Source of the DNA: Candidatus Hermodarchaeota archaeon
GTDB taxonomy: Archaea > Asgardarchaeota > Hermodarchaeia > Hermodarchaeales > Hermodarchaeaceae
Assembly: GCA_016839365.1 (NCBI GenBank)
Contig: JAEOUH010000071.1
Location: 12,219-76,218, forward strand
DNA length: 64,000 nucleotides
Direction: 5' to 3'
The position numbers and the translations under genes were made by a program. Positions 47,723-56,669 of this stretch are shown piece by piece. A model generated the notes under the pieces. It was not told the DNA's origin and ran no database searches. It saw only the letters and a list, made by a program, of their open reading frames with translations. Numbering within the stretch: position 1 is the stretch's first letter; each line of letters opens with the position of its first letter.

Positions 47723-48363
47723 AGATTGAATCCTTGTTCGCGAAGCACTTGAGTTAGATTCTTTCCCTGGTTACGGGCACGTTGCAGGAAAAATCGAAGG
47801 TAGCGATCGAAGAAAGGATTGCTACCCTTTGCCGCGAGGGGGATTCCGAGGATCATGTCACCTTCAATTAGCCTTAATCGTTGAGCTGCCATTCCCACCG
47901 ACCACATCATTCGATTATCGATGAAGTGTTGGGCGGCTATAGTTATTGCAGATGAGAGGGCAATCCCTAAATCTAGGATTTTGAAGGCGCAGAGGGCCGT
48001 GGTTTTCTTTTGGCCAATCGCCTCTTCGTAATCAGCACAGGTATTGAATCCACACGCTTTACAATCGAGGGTAAGGGGCGGGCGTTTGGCATGGATACCT
48101 ATAAGGAAAATGGCAGCACTTTCCTTGACAGCTTCAGCATCAGGTTCTAAAAACCAAAAGGTTGGGCTGGTGAGGTCTTCTTTGCGCATCTTTTCGATTT
48201 CTTTGGTAATTTGCCGAATTGTGGGCCCAGATACGATTTCAATTGTGAGATCATCGAATCCTTTGGATTTGGGAGCAGTGGTTGCAGCTGCGACCATTAG
48301 ATTTGCCACAGTCTTGACTGCTTCGTTAGTGTGCTTCTCTCTTTTTGTTTGTATTTGATTCAC
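47719..48363 (-). CDS. DUF2148 ferredoxin-like domain protein
   Basis: AAATTAPKSKGFDDLTIEIVSG and CKACGFNTCADYE are typical of DUF2148. Confidence 0.65.
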   Translation of the reverse strand: MNQIQTKREKHTNEAVKTVANLMVAAATTAPKSKGFDDLTIEIVSGPTIRQITKEIEKMRKEDLTSPTFWFLEPDAEAVKESAAIFLIGIHAKRPPLTLDCKACGFNTCADYEEAIGQKKTTALCAFKILDLGIALSSAITIAAQHFIDNRMMWSVGMAAQRLRLIEGDMILGIPLAAKGSNPFFDRYLRFFLQRARNQGKNLTQVLREQGFNL

Positions 48364-48406
48364 CCTTCTGTGGATAATTTTAGGTAACCGATAGTCGTGT
48401 GCACAT

Positions 48407-49696
48407 TCAACTCTTCGGTGCTTTCCCGGTAATGGCTTCTACAATATTCCAGAACTCATCTTCTTTCAAACCAAGTCGGGTTTCTCGGAGGAGCTCCGCG
48501 GCTTTTTGTAATTGGCGAAGCATTTCGACTTTATCTCGGAGTTTATGTGTTTCTTTCACTTGCAATACAATTTGTCTGATCTCTTCATCGGTGGCTTCGA
48601 TGTTTTCTTGCTCTAGTTTAGTTTTTACAATTTGACTCCCAGTGTGTTTCCCCAAGTAGAATTCAGTTTTGCGTCCAACCGTTTCAGCAGGAATGGGTTC
48701 ATAGGTTAGTCGGTGGGAGAGTATGCCATGAACGTGGATGCCTGCTTCATGGGAAAAAGCGTTTTCACCAGTAATGGCTTTATGGACGGGAAGGAGGATA
48801 GCAAACGCTTGACTCACCATATCGGCAAGTTCTTGGATTTTTTCGGTTTTGATGCCCGTTCGAACGTCATAAAGGAATTCGAGTGCCATGACTACTTCTT
48901 CGAGGGGCGCATTACCCGCACGTTCACCAAAACCAGCGATACACACATGTGGAACCGTAACACCTTCCTCTACTGCTGCTAGGGTGTTGGCAGTGGCTAG
49001 ACCAAAGTCATTGTGGTTATGAATGGAGAGCGGAACTTTGCCTTTGACTTCCTGGTTCAGGCGGTCACGGATTTGGGAGACCAGATATCGCATCGATTCT
49101 GGTCTTAAGAAACCTACAGTATCGGTGATTACACACCGATCTGCACCAGCTTCCATTGCAGTTTTGAAGATTTTCACTGTGTTATCAATGCTTGTGCGTG
49201 ATGTGTCTTCGGTCACGAAATCAACAATAACTCCGTGCTTCTTTGCATATTCTACACAATCGGCTGCGAGACTAAGTGCTTCTTCAGGGGTTTTCTTTAG
49301 CTTGTATTTCAGGTGAAGATTACTGAATGCAATGAAAATGGGTACTTCTTCGGCTCCTGCTTGGATGGCGACATCGATATCCGATTTGATTGCACGAGCT
49401 GGTGCACAAATTTTGGCTTGTTTAAAGCCTTCAGCGGATATTCGGCGAACGACCTCTTCTTCATCTTTTGAAACAGCGGGAAAGCCGACATTAATTATGG
49501 CAATTCCCATCTCATCCATGAGCTTAGCAATTTCGATTTTTTCGTCAACCAAAAGACTAGGGCCTGGTGTCTGTTCACCATCGCGAAGGGTTTCATCCCA
49601 AATAAGAACTTCTTTGGGGAGATACTTTGGTTTTGTTTGGGGAACCTTGTTAAAGTTCACAATTAGGCCATCAGCCTCTAATTTTTCTAACATCAT
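48407..49696 (-). CDS. 2-isopropylmalate/homocitrate/citramalate synthase family (HMGL-like aldolase)
   Basis: IWDETLRDGEQTPG, HNHNDFGLATANTLAA and HEAGIH motifs. 429 aa, with no long LeuA regulatory domain. Confidence 0.85.
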   Translation of the reverse strand: MMLEKLEADGLIVNFNKVPQTKPKYLPKEVLIWDETLRDGEQTPGPSLLVDEKIEIAKLMDEMGIAIINVGFPAVSKDEEEVVRRISAEGFKQAKICAPARAIKSDIDVAIQAGAEEVPIFIAFSNLHLKYKLKKTPEEALSLAADCVEYAKKHGVIVDFVTEDTSRTSIDNTVKIFKTAMEAGADRCVITDTVGFLRPESMRYLVSQIRDRLNQEVKGKVPLSIHNHNDFGLATANTLAAVEEGVTVPHVCIAGFGERAGNAPLEEVVMALEFLYDVRTGIKTEKIQELADMVSQAFAILLPVHKAITGENAFSHEAGIHVHGILSHRLTYEPIPAETVGRKTEFYLGKHTGSQIVKTKLEQENIEATDEEIRQIVLQVKETHKLRDKVEMLRQLQKAAELLRETRLGLKEDEFWNIVEAITGKAPKS

Positions 49697-49801
49697 TGTC
49701 CTCGGCCAACCTGTACCTCCAATATGGATAGTATAGACTTAAGTCTCTTTCTTGTCTATTAAGTAAGAACCTTTGAACTCATATCAGGAAGGAGAAAAAC
49801 C

Positions 49802-50578
49802 ATGGGTTCTGGATATGCGAATTTGAAAGTTGAAGTTTCAGATGGTGTGGGGGAGATTTTAGTGGATCGTCCACCCCTAAATATCCTGGATCAACAAACA
49901 CTGACAGAACTTCACAAGGCTTTGTTACAAGTGAAGGCAGACTCTGGAGTGAATATTGTTCTTCTGAGAACAGCAGGTGATCGATTCTTTTCCGTTGGAG
50001 TGGATGTAGAACAGCATCTGCCTGAACATGCCCCGAAAACTTTAGATGCATTCAATAAAGTCTTTGAAGCCCTCATCGATGTCGATAAACCTGTCATTGC
50101 TGTTGTTCAAGGATCAGCCTTGGGTGGAGGATGTGAGCTTGCCTTTGCTTGTGATCTTGTGATCGCTGTGGATTCAGCCAAGTTTGGTCAACCAGAAATT
50201 CAAGTAGGTGCAGTCCCTACGGTTGCTGCCGCAGCCATGCATCATCTTATTGGTCAAAAACGAACCTTCGAGTTACTTTATACTGGAGATAGTATTTCTG
50301 CTGAAAAGGCTGAACGGATTGGACTAATTAACCATGCTGTGCCAGCTGACCAGTTAGAGAAGGCAGTCAATGAATTTGTAACTAAACTTAAGGAACACAG
50401 TCCAATCATGCTTCGATACGTTCGACGAGCCGTGTATGAGAGTATGCACCTCGACTTTAAGCAAGCTGTCGAAAAATCAACTGAGATTTACCTCGACTCG
50501 TTGAAAAACACTGAGGATGCATCTGAGGGACTCAAAGCATTCCTGGAGAAACGTAAACCGAAATGGACAGGAAAATAA
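49802..50578 (+). CDS. Enoyl-CoA hydratase/isomerase (crotonase); candidate dienoyl-CoA hydratase (Dch-like)
   Basis: ILVDRPPLNILD, FFSVGVDV, GSALGGGCELAFACD and FGQPEIQVG. Confidence 0.85.
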   Translation: MGSGYANLKVEVSDGVGEILVDRPPLNILDQQTLTELHKALLQVKADSGVNIVLLRTAGDRFFSVGVDVEQHLPEHAPKTLDAFNKVFEALIDVDKPVIAVVQGSALGGGCELAFACDLVIAVDSAKFGQPEIQVGAVPTVAAAAMHHLIGQKRTFELLYTGDSISAEKAERIGLINHAVPADQLEKAVNEFVTKLKEHSPIMLRYVRRAVYESMHLDFKQAVEKSTEIYLDSLKNTEDASEGLKAFLEKRKPKWTGK

Positions 50579-50593
50579 AGATACAGATGAAGA

Positions 50594-51625
50594 TTAAGGA
50601 ATAACGAGAATCCGACCAATAACCTTGCCTTCTTCTAGGAGTTCGAAGGCTTCATTGATTTCTGTTAATGGACGTTTGCTATCGATTAGCGGTTTGATTT
50701 GAATGACACCTTGTTCTACCATCCTCAGGAGAGGAGGATAATCCACGGGGCGACAACCTAGCGATCCACGAATTTCGACTTCTCGGAACATGATTCGGGA
50801 TGCTGAAACAGTCCAATCGGATTCAGCATACCCTACCACCACCATCCGACCACCCCACCTCACAACGGCCAAGGCTTGACTCATTACGTCAGGAATGCCA
50901 ATGGCTTCAAAGGAGATATCCACACCACGCTTATTGGTTAGAGCTCGAATCTGCTTGACGGGATTCTCATCCGTCGAGTTAATGGTCACAGTAGCTCCAA
51001 GTTTTTCAGCGAGTTTGAGCTTCTTGTCATCAATATCGACAGCATACACAATGCCACCTGCGGCAGCAGCGATTTGAACCACATTGATACCCACTCCACC
51101 ACAACCAAATACAGCCACCAAATCTCCTGGACGTACTTCGCCACGGTTCTTTACCGCATGGTAGGGTGTTGAAATTGCATCGGCAACGATGCTCGTGTCT
51201 TCTAAAGGTAATGAGTCAGGAATTCGAAAGAGATCCTTTGCAGGGACACGGATATATTCAGAATAGGCTCCATCTATGTTGTTTCCTACCATTTCTTGGT
51301 TTTGACAGACATTTTCGCGCCCTAACCGGCAATTTTCACAAAATCCACAGCTAAGAACGGCCGGAATTAACACGCGATCTCCTTTAACCCAGTTATTGAC
51401 TGCAGATCCAAGTTCGGTAATAGTACCTGAAGCTTCATGACCAAGTATCAAGGGAGGTTTCTTGAAAGTCGGAGTACCATGCAAATAGTGAAGGTCAGTT
51501 CTACATACTCCACAGGCTGCCACTTTAATCAAAACGTCACTTGATCCAAGTTCTGGTGTAGGTATATCTTCAATTTTGAGCGGTTTTCCTGCTTCATAGA
51601 ATACTGCAGCTTTCAATGAGAACAC
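50594..51625 (-). CDS. Zn-dependent medium-chain alcohol dehydrogenase family; candidate hydroxyacyl-CoA dehydrogenase (Had-like)
   Basis: GVCRTDLHYLHG, GHEASGTI, structural-zinc CGFCENCRLGRENVC, and VFGCGGVG. Confidence 0.85.
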   Translation of the reverse strand: MFSLKAAVFYEAGKPLKIEDIPTPELGSSDVLIKVAACGVCRTDLHYLHGTPTFKKPPLILGHEASGTITELGSAVNNWVKGDRVLIPAVLSCGFCENCRLGRENVCQNQEMVGNNIDGAYSEYIRVPAKDLFRIPDSLPLEDTSIVADAISTPYHAVKNRGEVRPGDLVAVFGCGGVGINVVQIAAAAGGIVYAVDIDDKKLKLAEKLGATVTINSTDENPVKQIRALTNKRGVDISFEAIGIPDVMSQALAVVRWGGRMVVVGYAESDWTVSASRIMFREVEIRGSLGCRPVDYPPLLRMVEQGVIQIKPLIDSKRPLTEINEAFELLEEGKVIGRILVIP

Positions 51626-51750
51626 CAGAGGTAAGTATCTGAACTTGAACCTTATATCATTTTATGACGGTTAATTTCTTTAGGAAGATTGGTGAACTGG
51701 AAAAAGTAAAGATTTTTGATTTCTGTCGAAGGAGGTTGAGGAGAGTATCA

Positions 51751-52047
51751 ATGGAAAGTGCAGATTCGGGTGTCACAATCCGTTTGATAGGTGTATTGAA
51801 GATTACAACAGGAATCGAATATGTAAAGTTGGATTTAAAGGATAATGATACCGTTGAGACAATTCTTAGTAGGCTAGTTGAAATGTACCCTGATCTCCGT
51901 CAGGAATTGTACACCAAGACTGGCGAGATCCATAAGTATCTTAACATTTTTGTTGACAACAAACCTGTTATTCAGAAAAATCTTAATGATATCCCAATTC
52001 AGAAGTCAACGACATTAACACTAGTTATGGCAGTTGGTGGCGGATAA
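51751..52047 (+). CDS. MoaD/ThiS/SAMP-like ubiquitin-fold protein ending in GGG
   Basis: 98 aa from ATG 51751, with GGAGG/GAGGAG upstream. It has a beta-grasp-like pattern (VTIRLIGVLK...LNIFVDNKPV...LTLVMAVGGG). It lies 23 nt upstream of aor. Confidence 0.65.
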   Translation: MESADSGVTIRLIGVLKITTGIEYVKLDLKDNDTVETILSRLVEMYPDLRQELYTKTGEIHKYLNIFVDNKPVIQKNLNDIPIQKSTTLTLVMAVGGG

Positions 52048-52070
52048 CAAACCCTTTGGAATAACTCAAA

Positions 52071-53903
52071 ATGACAATAAACCAATATGCTATTGTCAAT
52101 CTTAGTAAAGGCTCAGTGAATATTAGAGAAATACCAGCAAATGTAATAAGAAGTTATTTAGGCGGTCGAGGAACGAACGTCTATCATCTTAACAAATTGT
52201 TAAGGAAGAATGTGGATCCCCTTTCTCCGGAAAACGTGCTGATATTTGGTGCAGGTTTACTTACTGGGTATCTTATCCCAAACGCGTCACGATTCAATGT
52301 TACAGCGAAATCACCCGAATCCGGGTTTTTGGGTGACACCAACTGTGGAGGTTATTTTGGTCCCGAAATGCGCTACGCTGGCTTTGATCAGATTATAATA
52401 ATTGGAAAAGCGAGGAAACCAAGCTACATTTTCCTTCAAGATGGTTCTATTGAAATTCGAAACGCTTCGGATTATTGGGGCCTTGATACCTATAATGTTC
52501 AAATCGAGCTTCGGAAGGATTTGGGTGATGTGCAGGCTGCAGTTACCGGTGAAGCTGGTGAAAAACTCGTTCGATTTGCCAACATACGAAACGGTGTGAA
52601 GAACGCCGGTGGGCGAGGTGGATTGGGTGCGGTTATGGGATCGAAGAATTTGAAGGCCTTGGTTGCTTATGGAACTCAAGGTCTTGATGTCGCTCATCCA
52701 GAACAGCTACTAGAAGTTACAAAACGTGCCAACGAATACGTCTTGAACTCGAAGGTCATCTCTGTAATGGGCAAATTGGGATCTCCTTATCTCTATGACG
52801 TTAGTAATGCACTTGGAGCGATTCGCACTAAGAATAGTCAGCTGAATGCTTGGTCTGATTCATTAAATGCAGAACATTTCGAAGAATATGTGGAGAAGAT
52901 GGTGTCTTGTGCTTCATGCGTTGTACATTGTCGGCATCGGAATACCATGGATGGGGAAGGTCCTGAATACACAACAATTGGATTGCTGGGAGCAAATGTC
53001 GGGATATCTGATCCAAAGCAGGTAATCGAGTTAAATAACCTCTGTAACAGGCTTGGTTTGGATACTGCTTCAGCAGGGGGTATTCTTGCTTGGGTTTTTG
53101 AGTTATATGAGAAAGGAATTGTTGATAAGGCAAAATTCAAGGAAGAAAAGTTGGAATTTGAAAACTTCGAACTCATCAAATCCCTCCTTGAAAAGACTGC
53201 ACGCCGTGAGGGGCTTGGAGATATCCTAGCGGAAAGTAGTCAAGCTGTAAAGCATTTTGGACCCAAATCGGCGGATTATCTCATTGCAGTTAAGAACCTA
53301 CCTCAAAGTGATCCCCACGATGTTCGATATATCAAAGCATTTGCGCTAGGCATAGCAACCGCTTCAAGAGGTGCGGATCACCTACGAAGTCGTCCTACTC
53401 TCGAAATCTTTCTCCGATTACCTCAAGAAGTAAAGGAAAGCATCTATGGAGCAGGTATCTCACCTGATCCCACATCGTATGAAGGAAAGGAAAATACCGT
53501 TTTCTGGTCAGATAACATGTACGCTGTAATTGATGCTGTTGGAATCTGTAAATTCATCTGTCATGGATTTAATAGCCCGCATCTCATTGGTTATGAACAT
53601 GTGAAGGATTTCCTAGACACGGCGGTTGGCCTCAAGTTCGATATTCAAGAATTGAAGGAGGTTGGTCAACGAATAATTGACACGGAACGAATCCTCAATC
53701 TTCGATTTGGACTCACACGCGCTGATGATTCACTACCTAAACGCTATTTTGATGATCCGGCCCCCCTGAAGACCGCTGAAGGCCACCATGTTGATCGCAA
53801 GCAGTTTCAGATTATGTTGGACCGATATTATACTCTTCGGGGGTGGAACGAAGACGGAATGGTGTCTGAAGAACGTGTAAACGAATTGGAGGCAATTGAG
53901 TGA
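52071..53903 (+). CDS. aor: Tungsten/molybdopterin aldehyde:ferredoxin oxidoreductase (AOR family)
   Basis: N-terminus VNLSKGSVNIREIPANVIRSYLGGRGTNVYHL, the 4Fe-4S Cys cluster CASCVVHC...C, and pterin-binding motifs. 610 aa. Confidence 0.93.
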   Translation: MTINQYAIVNLSKGSVNIREIPANVIRSYLGGRGTNVYHLNKLLRKNVDPLSPENVLIFGAGLLTGYLIPNASRFNVTAKSPESGFLGDTNCGGYFGPEMRYAGFDQIIIIGKARKPSYIFLQDGSIEIRNASDYWGLDTYNVQIELRKDLGDVQAAVTGEAGEKLVRFANIRNGVKNAGGRGGLGAVMGSKNLKALVAYGTQGLDVAHPEQLLEVTKRANEYVLNSKVISVMGKLGSPYLYDVSNALGAIRTKNSQLNAWSDSLNAEHFEEYVEKMVSCASCVVHCRHRNTMDGEGPEYTTIGLLGANVGISDPKQVIELNNLCNRLGLDTASAGGILAWVFELYEKGIVDKAKFKEEKLEFENFELIKSLLEKTARREGLGDILAESSQAVKHFGPKSADYLIAVKNLPQSDPHDVRYIKAFALGIATASRGADHLRSRPTLEIFLRLPQEVKESIYGAGISPDPTSYEGKENTVFWSDNMYAVIDAVGICKFICHGFNSPHLIGYEHVKDFLDTAVGLKFDIQELKEVGQRIIDTERILNLRFGLTRADDSLPKRYFDDPAPLKTAEGHHVDRKQFQIMLDRYYTLRGWNEDGMVSEERVNELEAIE

Positions 53904-54355
53904 AGTATATCTTTGTTTATCCAGAACGGTGCACCGGTTGTCGATTATGTTCTCTTGCTTGTTCATTAACGAAATTCGGAGAATGTAACCCACGGAAAGC
54001 TGCGATAAGTGTCGTCCGAGATGAGTTTGAACGATTTGAGTTTCCGGTAGTATGTTTTCAATGTCAGGAAGCACCTTGTGTCACAGCTTGTCCACAAAAT
54101 GCGATAAAAAAAGATGAAGGTACTGTTTCACGCGATGATGATCGCTGTATTGGTTGCCGACTCTGTGCAGTTGTTTGCCCCTTTTCTGCCATAACAACCT
54201 TTGGCAAGGAACTCATCCATTGTGACCTTTGTGGTGGAGATCCACAATGCGTTAAATATTGTTCTACAAAGGCAATTGAATACACTGATGAAACTCAAGA
54301 AGCGATGCAACGACGTAAAGAACAGCTAGCCCGTGTCCTAATTACGGAGAAATGA
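53900..54355 (+). CDS. Four-cluster 4Fe-4S electron-transfer protein (AorA/DmsB-like)
   Basis: CTGCRLCSLAC, CFQCQEAPCVTACP, CIGCRLCAVVCP and CDLCGGDPQCVKYC. Its GTG start overlaps the aor stop (GTGA). Confidence 0.85.
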   Translation: MKYIFVYPERCTGCRLCSLACSLTKFGECNPRKAAISVVRDEFERFEFPVVCFQCQEAPCVTACPQNAIKKDEGTVSRDDDRCIGCRLCAVVCPFSAITTFGKELIHCDLCGGDPQCVKYCSTKAIEYTDETQEAMQRRKEQLARVLITEK

Positions 54356-54366
54356 TTCTGAGATTT

Positions 54367-55608
54367 TCACTGGTTATGTTTGTTTTGTTGAGAACGCCAG
54401 TAGTGTTGTCCAATGAGATTGTCTTTTTTCAGAGAGTCGATGATTGCTGTTATGTCTTCACCTGTTCGGTGAGCGTGAAGGAGGAACCCAGCATTTCTAA
54501 GATCTCCTATTGCCTGATATCCCATGACTTGACCATCACAAAGAAAGAGTTTCTTGTAAACCTTGCTTCGATGTATACGAATAACCTCACAAGTCCCAAT
54601 TTCCCTCGATGTTTGACCGATACTAACCACTGGAGTCTCGAAAATATTAATCAAGTTAACAGCATCAGATCCTTGATAGGAAATCTGTTGACCTAGCATA
54701 TTTTGTGCTGCGACTCGACCCTGGGTAATAGCGTTTGGCCAGATGGCATTGACCTTCAATTCGTTTGAGGCACGTTCTAATGCTTCCGCTACGTCTCCTG
54801 CAGCATAAATGTTTTTCACGTTGGTTTGCATGAATTCGTTAACTAGAATTCCTTCGTTGGTTCTAATCGGAGTTCCTTGAATGATATCAAGGTTGGGACG
54901 AACACCCACAGCCACGATGACCAAATCGCATTCCAGTTGTTTTTGACCAACCTGTACACCTTGGGCGTTTTTTCCACCGAGAATTTGGTTCACAGTTGTC
55001 GAAGTATGAACTTCTATGCCTTGTTCCTGCAATAGTTGGTTCACGATTTCCGCTGTATCTTCGTCTAGCATTCGAGGGAGAAGATAGCCTTCTCTTTCAA
55101 TGATTGTCACTTGGGCACCAAGGCGATGGAGCGCGGTAGCACTTTCGATACCAACAAATCCCCCACCAATTACAACTGCATGTTTTATCTTGCTTTTCGC
55201 ACGCGCAAGGATATCTTCGCTATCTCGTAAATTTACTAGAGTTACGACACCACCTTTATCAAGCCCTTCTATTGGAGGTTTGATTGCAGTTGCACCAGTG
55301 GCAATGAGTAGCTGATCATAGGGAAGTTCGTCCCCGGCTTCGAGGAGAACCGAGTTGGACTGCGGATTCACCGCTTTTACCGTTGTGGCCAGTTTCATTT
55401 CAATTCCCGCGTCTTCGAAGTACCGGGAATCAAAGCGATCGAGATATCGTTCATCAATTTCTCCAGCAACATAAGAGGGAAGAGAGAACAACGCGTAGAA
55501 TCGTGTATCCTTTGTGATTAACACGACATCAAAGGTATTTCGATGTTCAATTAGTGTTTGAACTGCACTCAGCCCAGCAGCCCCACTTCCGATAATCACA
55601 AGGCGCAC
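54367..55608 (-). CDS. FAD/NAD(P)-dependent pyridine nucleotide-disulfide oxidoreductase family protein
   Basis: RLVIIGSGAAGLSA, IATGATAIKPP, AVVIGGGFVGIE and YAAGDVAE motifs. Convergent with the AOR genes, with an 11-nt gap. Confidence 0.85.
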   Translation of the reverse strand: MRLVIIGSGAAGLSAVQTLIEHRNTFDVVLITKDTRFYALFSLPSYVAGEIDERYLDRFDSRYFEDAGIEMKLATTVKAVNPQSNSVLLEAGDELPYDQLLIATGATAIKPPIEGLDKGGVVTLVNLRDSEDILARAKSKIKHAVVIGGGFVGIESATALHRLGAQVTIIEREGYLLPRMLDEDTAEIVNQLLQEQGIEVHTSTTVNQILGGKNAQGVQVGQKQLECDLVIVAVGVRPNLDIIQGTPIRTNEGILVNEFMQTNVKNIYAAGDVAEALERASNELKVNAIWPNAITQGRVAAQNMLGQQISYQGSDAVNLINIFETPVVSIGQTSREIGTCEVIRIHRSKVYKKLFLCDGQVMGYQAIGDLRNAGFLLHAHRTGEDITAIIDSLKKDNLIGQHYWRSQQNKHNQ

Positions 55609-55732
55609 GTATATCCACTCAATCCCACAGATAGCTCAGTTCGTATACAAATACGCTTGGTAGCAGCCCACAATTTTGGCGAATAACAGGTTTTTTAATA
55701 ACATCTTGCATAGCCTCTGCGAGGTGACACTT

Positions 55733-56596
55733 TTGGAAATTAAAAAAGTCGCAGTCATTGGTGCTGGACTCATGGGTCACGGTGTTACACAGGTTTTGGC
55801 TCAGATTGCCGGTTATGAGGTATATCTGAAAGATATCAAACAAGAATTCATTGACTCGGGTATGGGTCGAATCAAATGGAGCCTTGGCAAACTTGTCGAA
55901 AAAGAGAAACTCACTCAAACTGATGCGGATGCAACCCTCAACCGTATCCACCCTACCCTTGATATGAAGGAAGCAATGAGTGACACTGATTTCGTCATTG
56001 AGGCAATACCTGAAAATTTAGATCTTAAGAAAAAGATCTTTGCTGAAATGGATGGGTTTGCACCTTCTCATGCAATACTTTCATCGAACACTTCATCAAT
56101 CAGTATTAGCCGGATAGCCGCAGCAACTAAACGTCCTGATAAGGTCGTAGGTATGCACTTTTTCAACCCTGTACAGATCATGAAGCTTGTTGAAATTATC
56201 CGAGGAGAGAAGACGTCCGATAACACTGTATCAATAGTCGAAGAAGTATCACAAAAAATGGGTAAAGAGACCGTGCTTTGTAAGAAAGACTCACCCGGTT
56301 TTATTGTCAATCGTATATTAGTTCCTGCACTTAACGAAGCCATCTGGTTACTCCAAGAGGAAGTTGCGGAACCTGAGGATATTGATAAGGCAATCAAATT
56401 GGGATTAAACTGGCCAATGGGTCCAATCACACTTTTAGATTATGTAGGATTAGACACTACTCTTTCCATCACCAAAGTATTCCAAAAAGAGATGGATGAA
56501 CACAAATACGCAGCTGCTCCACTACTAGGAAAGATGGTTAAAGAAGGCAAGTTAGGTAGAAAGACAAAGCAAGGATTCTATAATTGGAACAAATAG
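55733..56596 (+). CDS. hbd: 3-hydroxyacyl-CoA (3-hydroxybutyryl-CoA) dehydrogenase
   Basis: KKVAVIGAGLMGHG, SNTSSISI, HFFNPV and PGFIVNRIL. I chose TTG 55733, which lies 5 nt after GAGGTGA (ORF track TTG 55676). Confidence 0.88.
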   Translation: MEIKKVAVIGAGLMGHGVTQVLAQIAGYEVYLKDIKQEFIDSGMGRIKWSLGKLVEKEKLTQTDADATLNRIHPTLDMKEAMSDTDFVIEAIPENLDLKKKIFAEMDGFAPSHAILSSNTSSISISRIAAATKRPDKVVGMHFFNPVQIMKLVEIIRGEKTSDNTVSIVEEVSQKMGKETVLCKKDSPGFIVNRILVPALNEAIWLLQEEVAEPEDIDKAIKLGLNWPMGPITLLDYVGLDTTLSITKVFQKEMDEHKYAAAPLLGKMVKEGKLGRKTKQGFYNWNK

Positions 56597-56632
56597 ATTC
56601 CAATTCCATCTTGAACCTTTTACTGGCTCAAG

Positions 56633-56647
56633 CCCTCACTTTGAGGG
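56633..56647. terminator. Short hairpin between convergent genes
   Basis: CCCTCA-CTT-TGAGGG in the 73-nt gap between hbd (+) and the crotonase gene (-). No strong oligo-T tract is present, so function is uncertain. Confidence 0.2.
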
Positions 56648-56669
56648 TTAATTGAGAAGTGAATTCGGG

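Noticed and set aside
47384-49746. Two perfect palindromes built from the same AGTCT/AGACT pentamers: AGTCTGACAGACT at 47384-47396 and AGACTTAAGTCT at 49735-49746. Both lie in divergent promoter regions of the catabolic island and could be shared operators.
   Set aside because: There are only two instances, the half-site order is swapped, and I found no further copies in the other intergenic regions of the island. Chance cannot be excluded without a genome-wide count.
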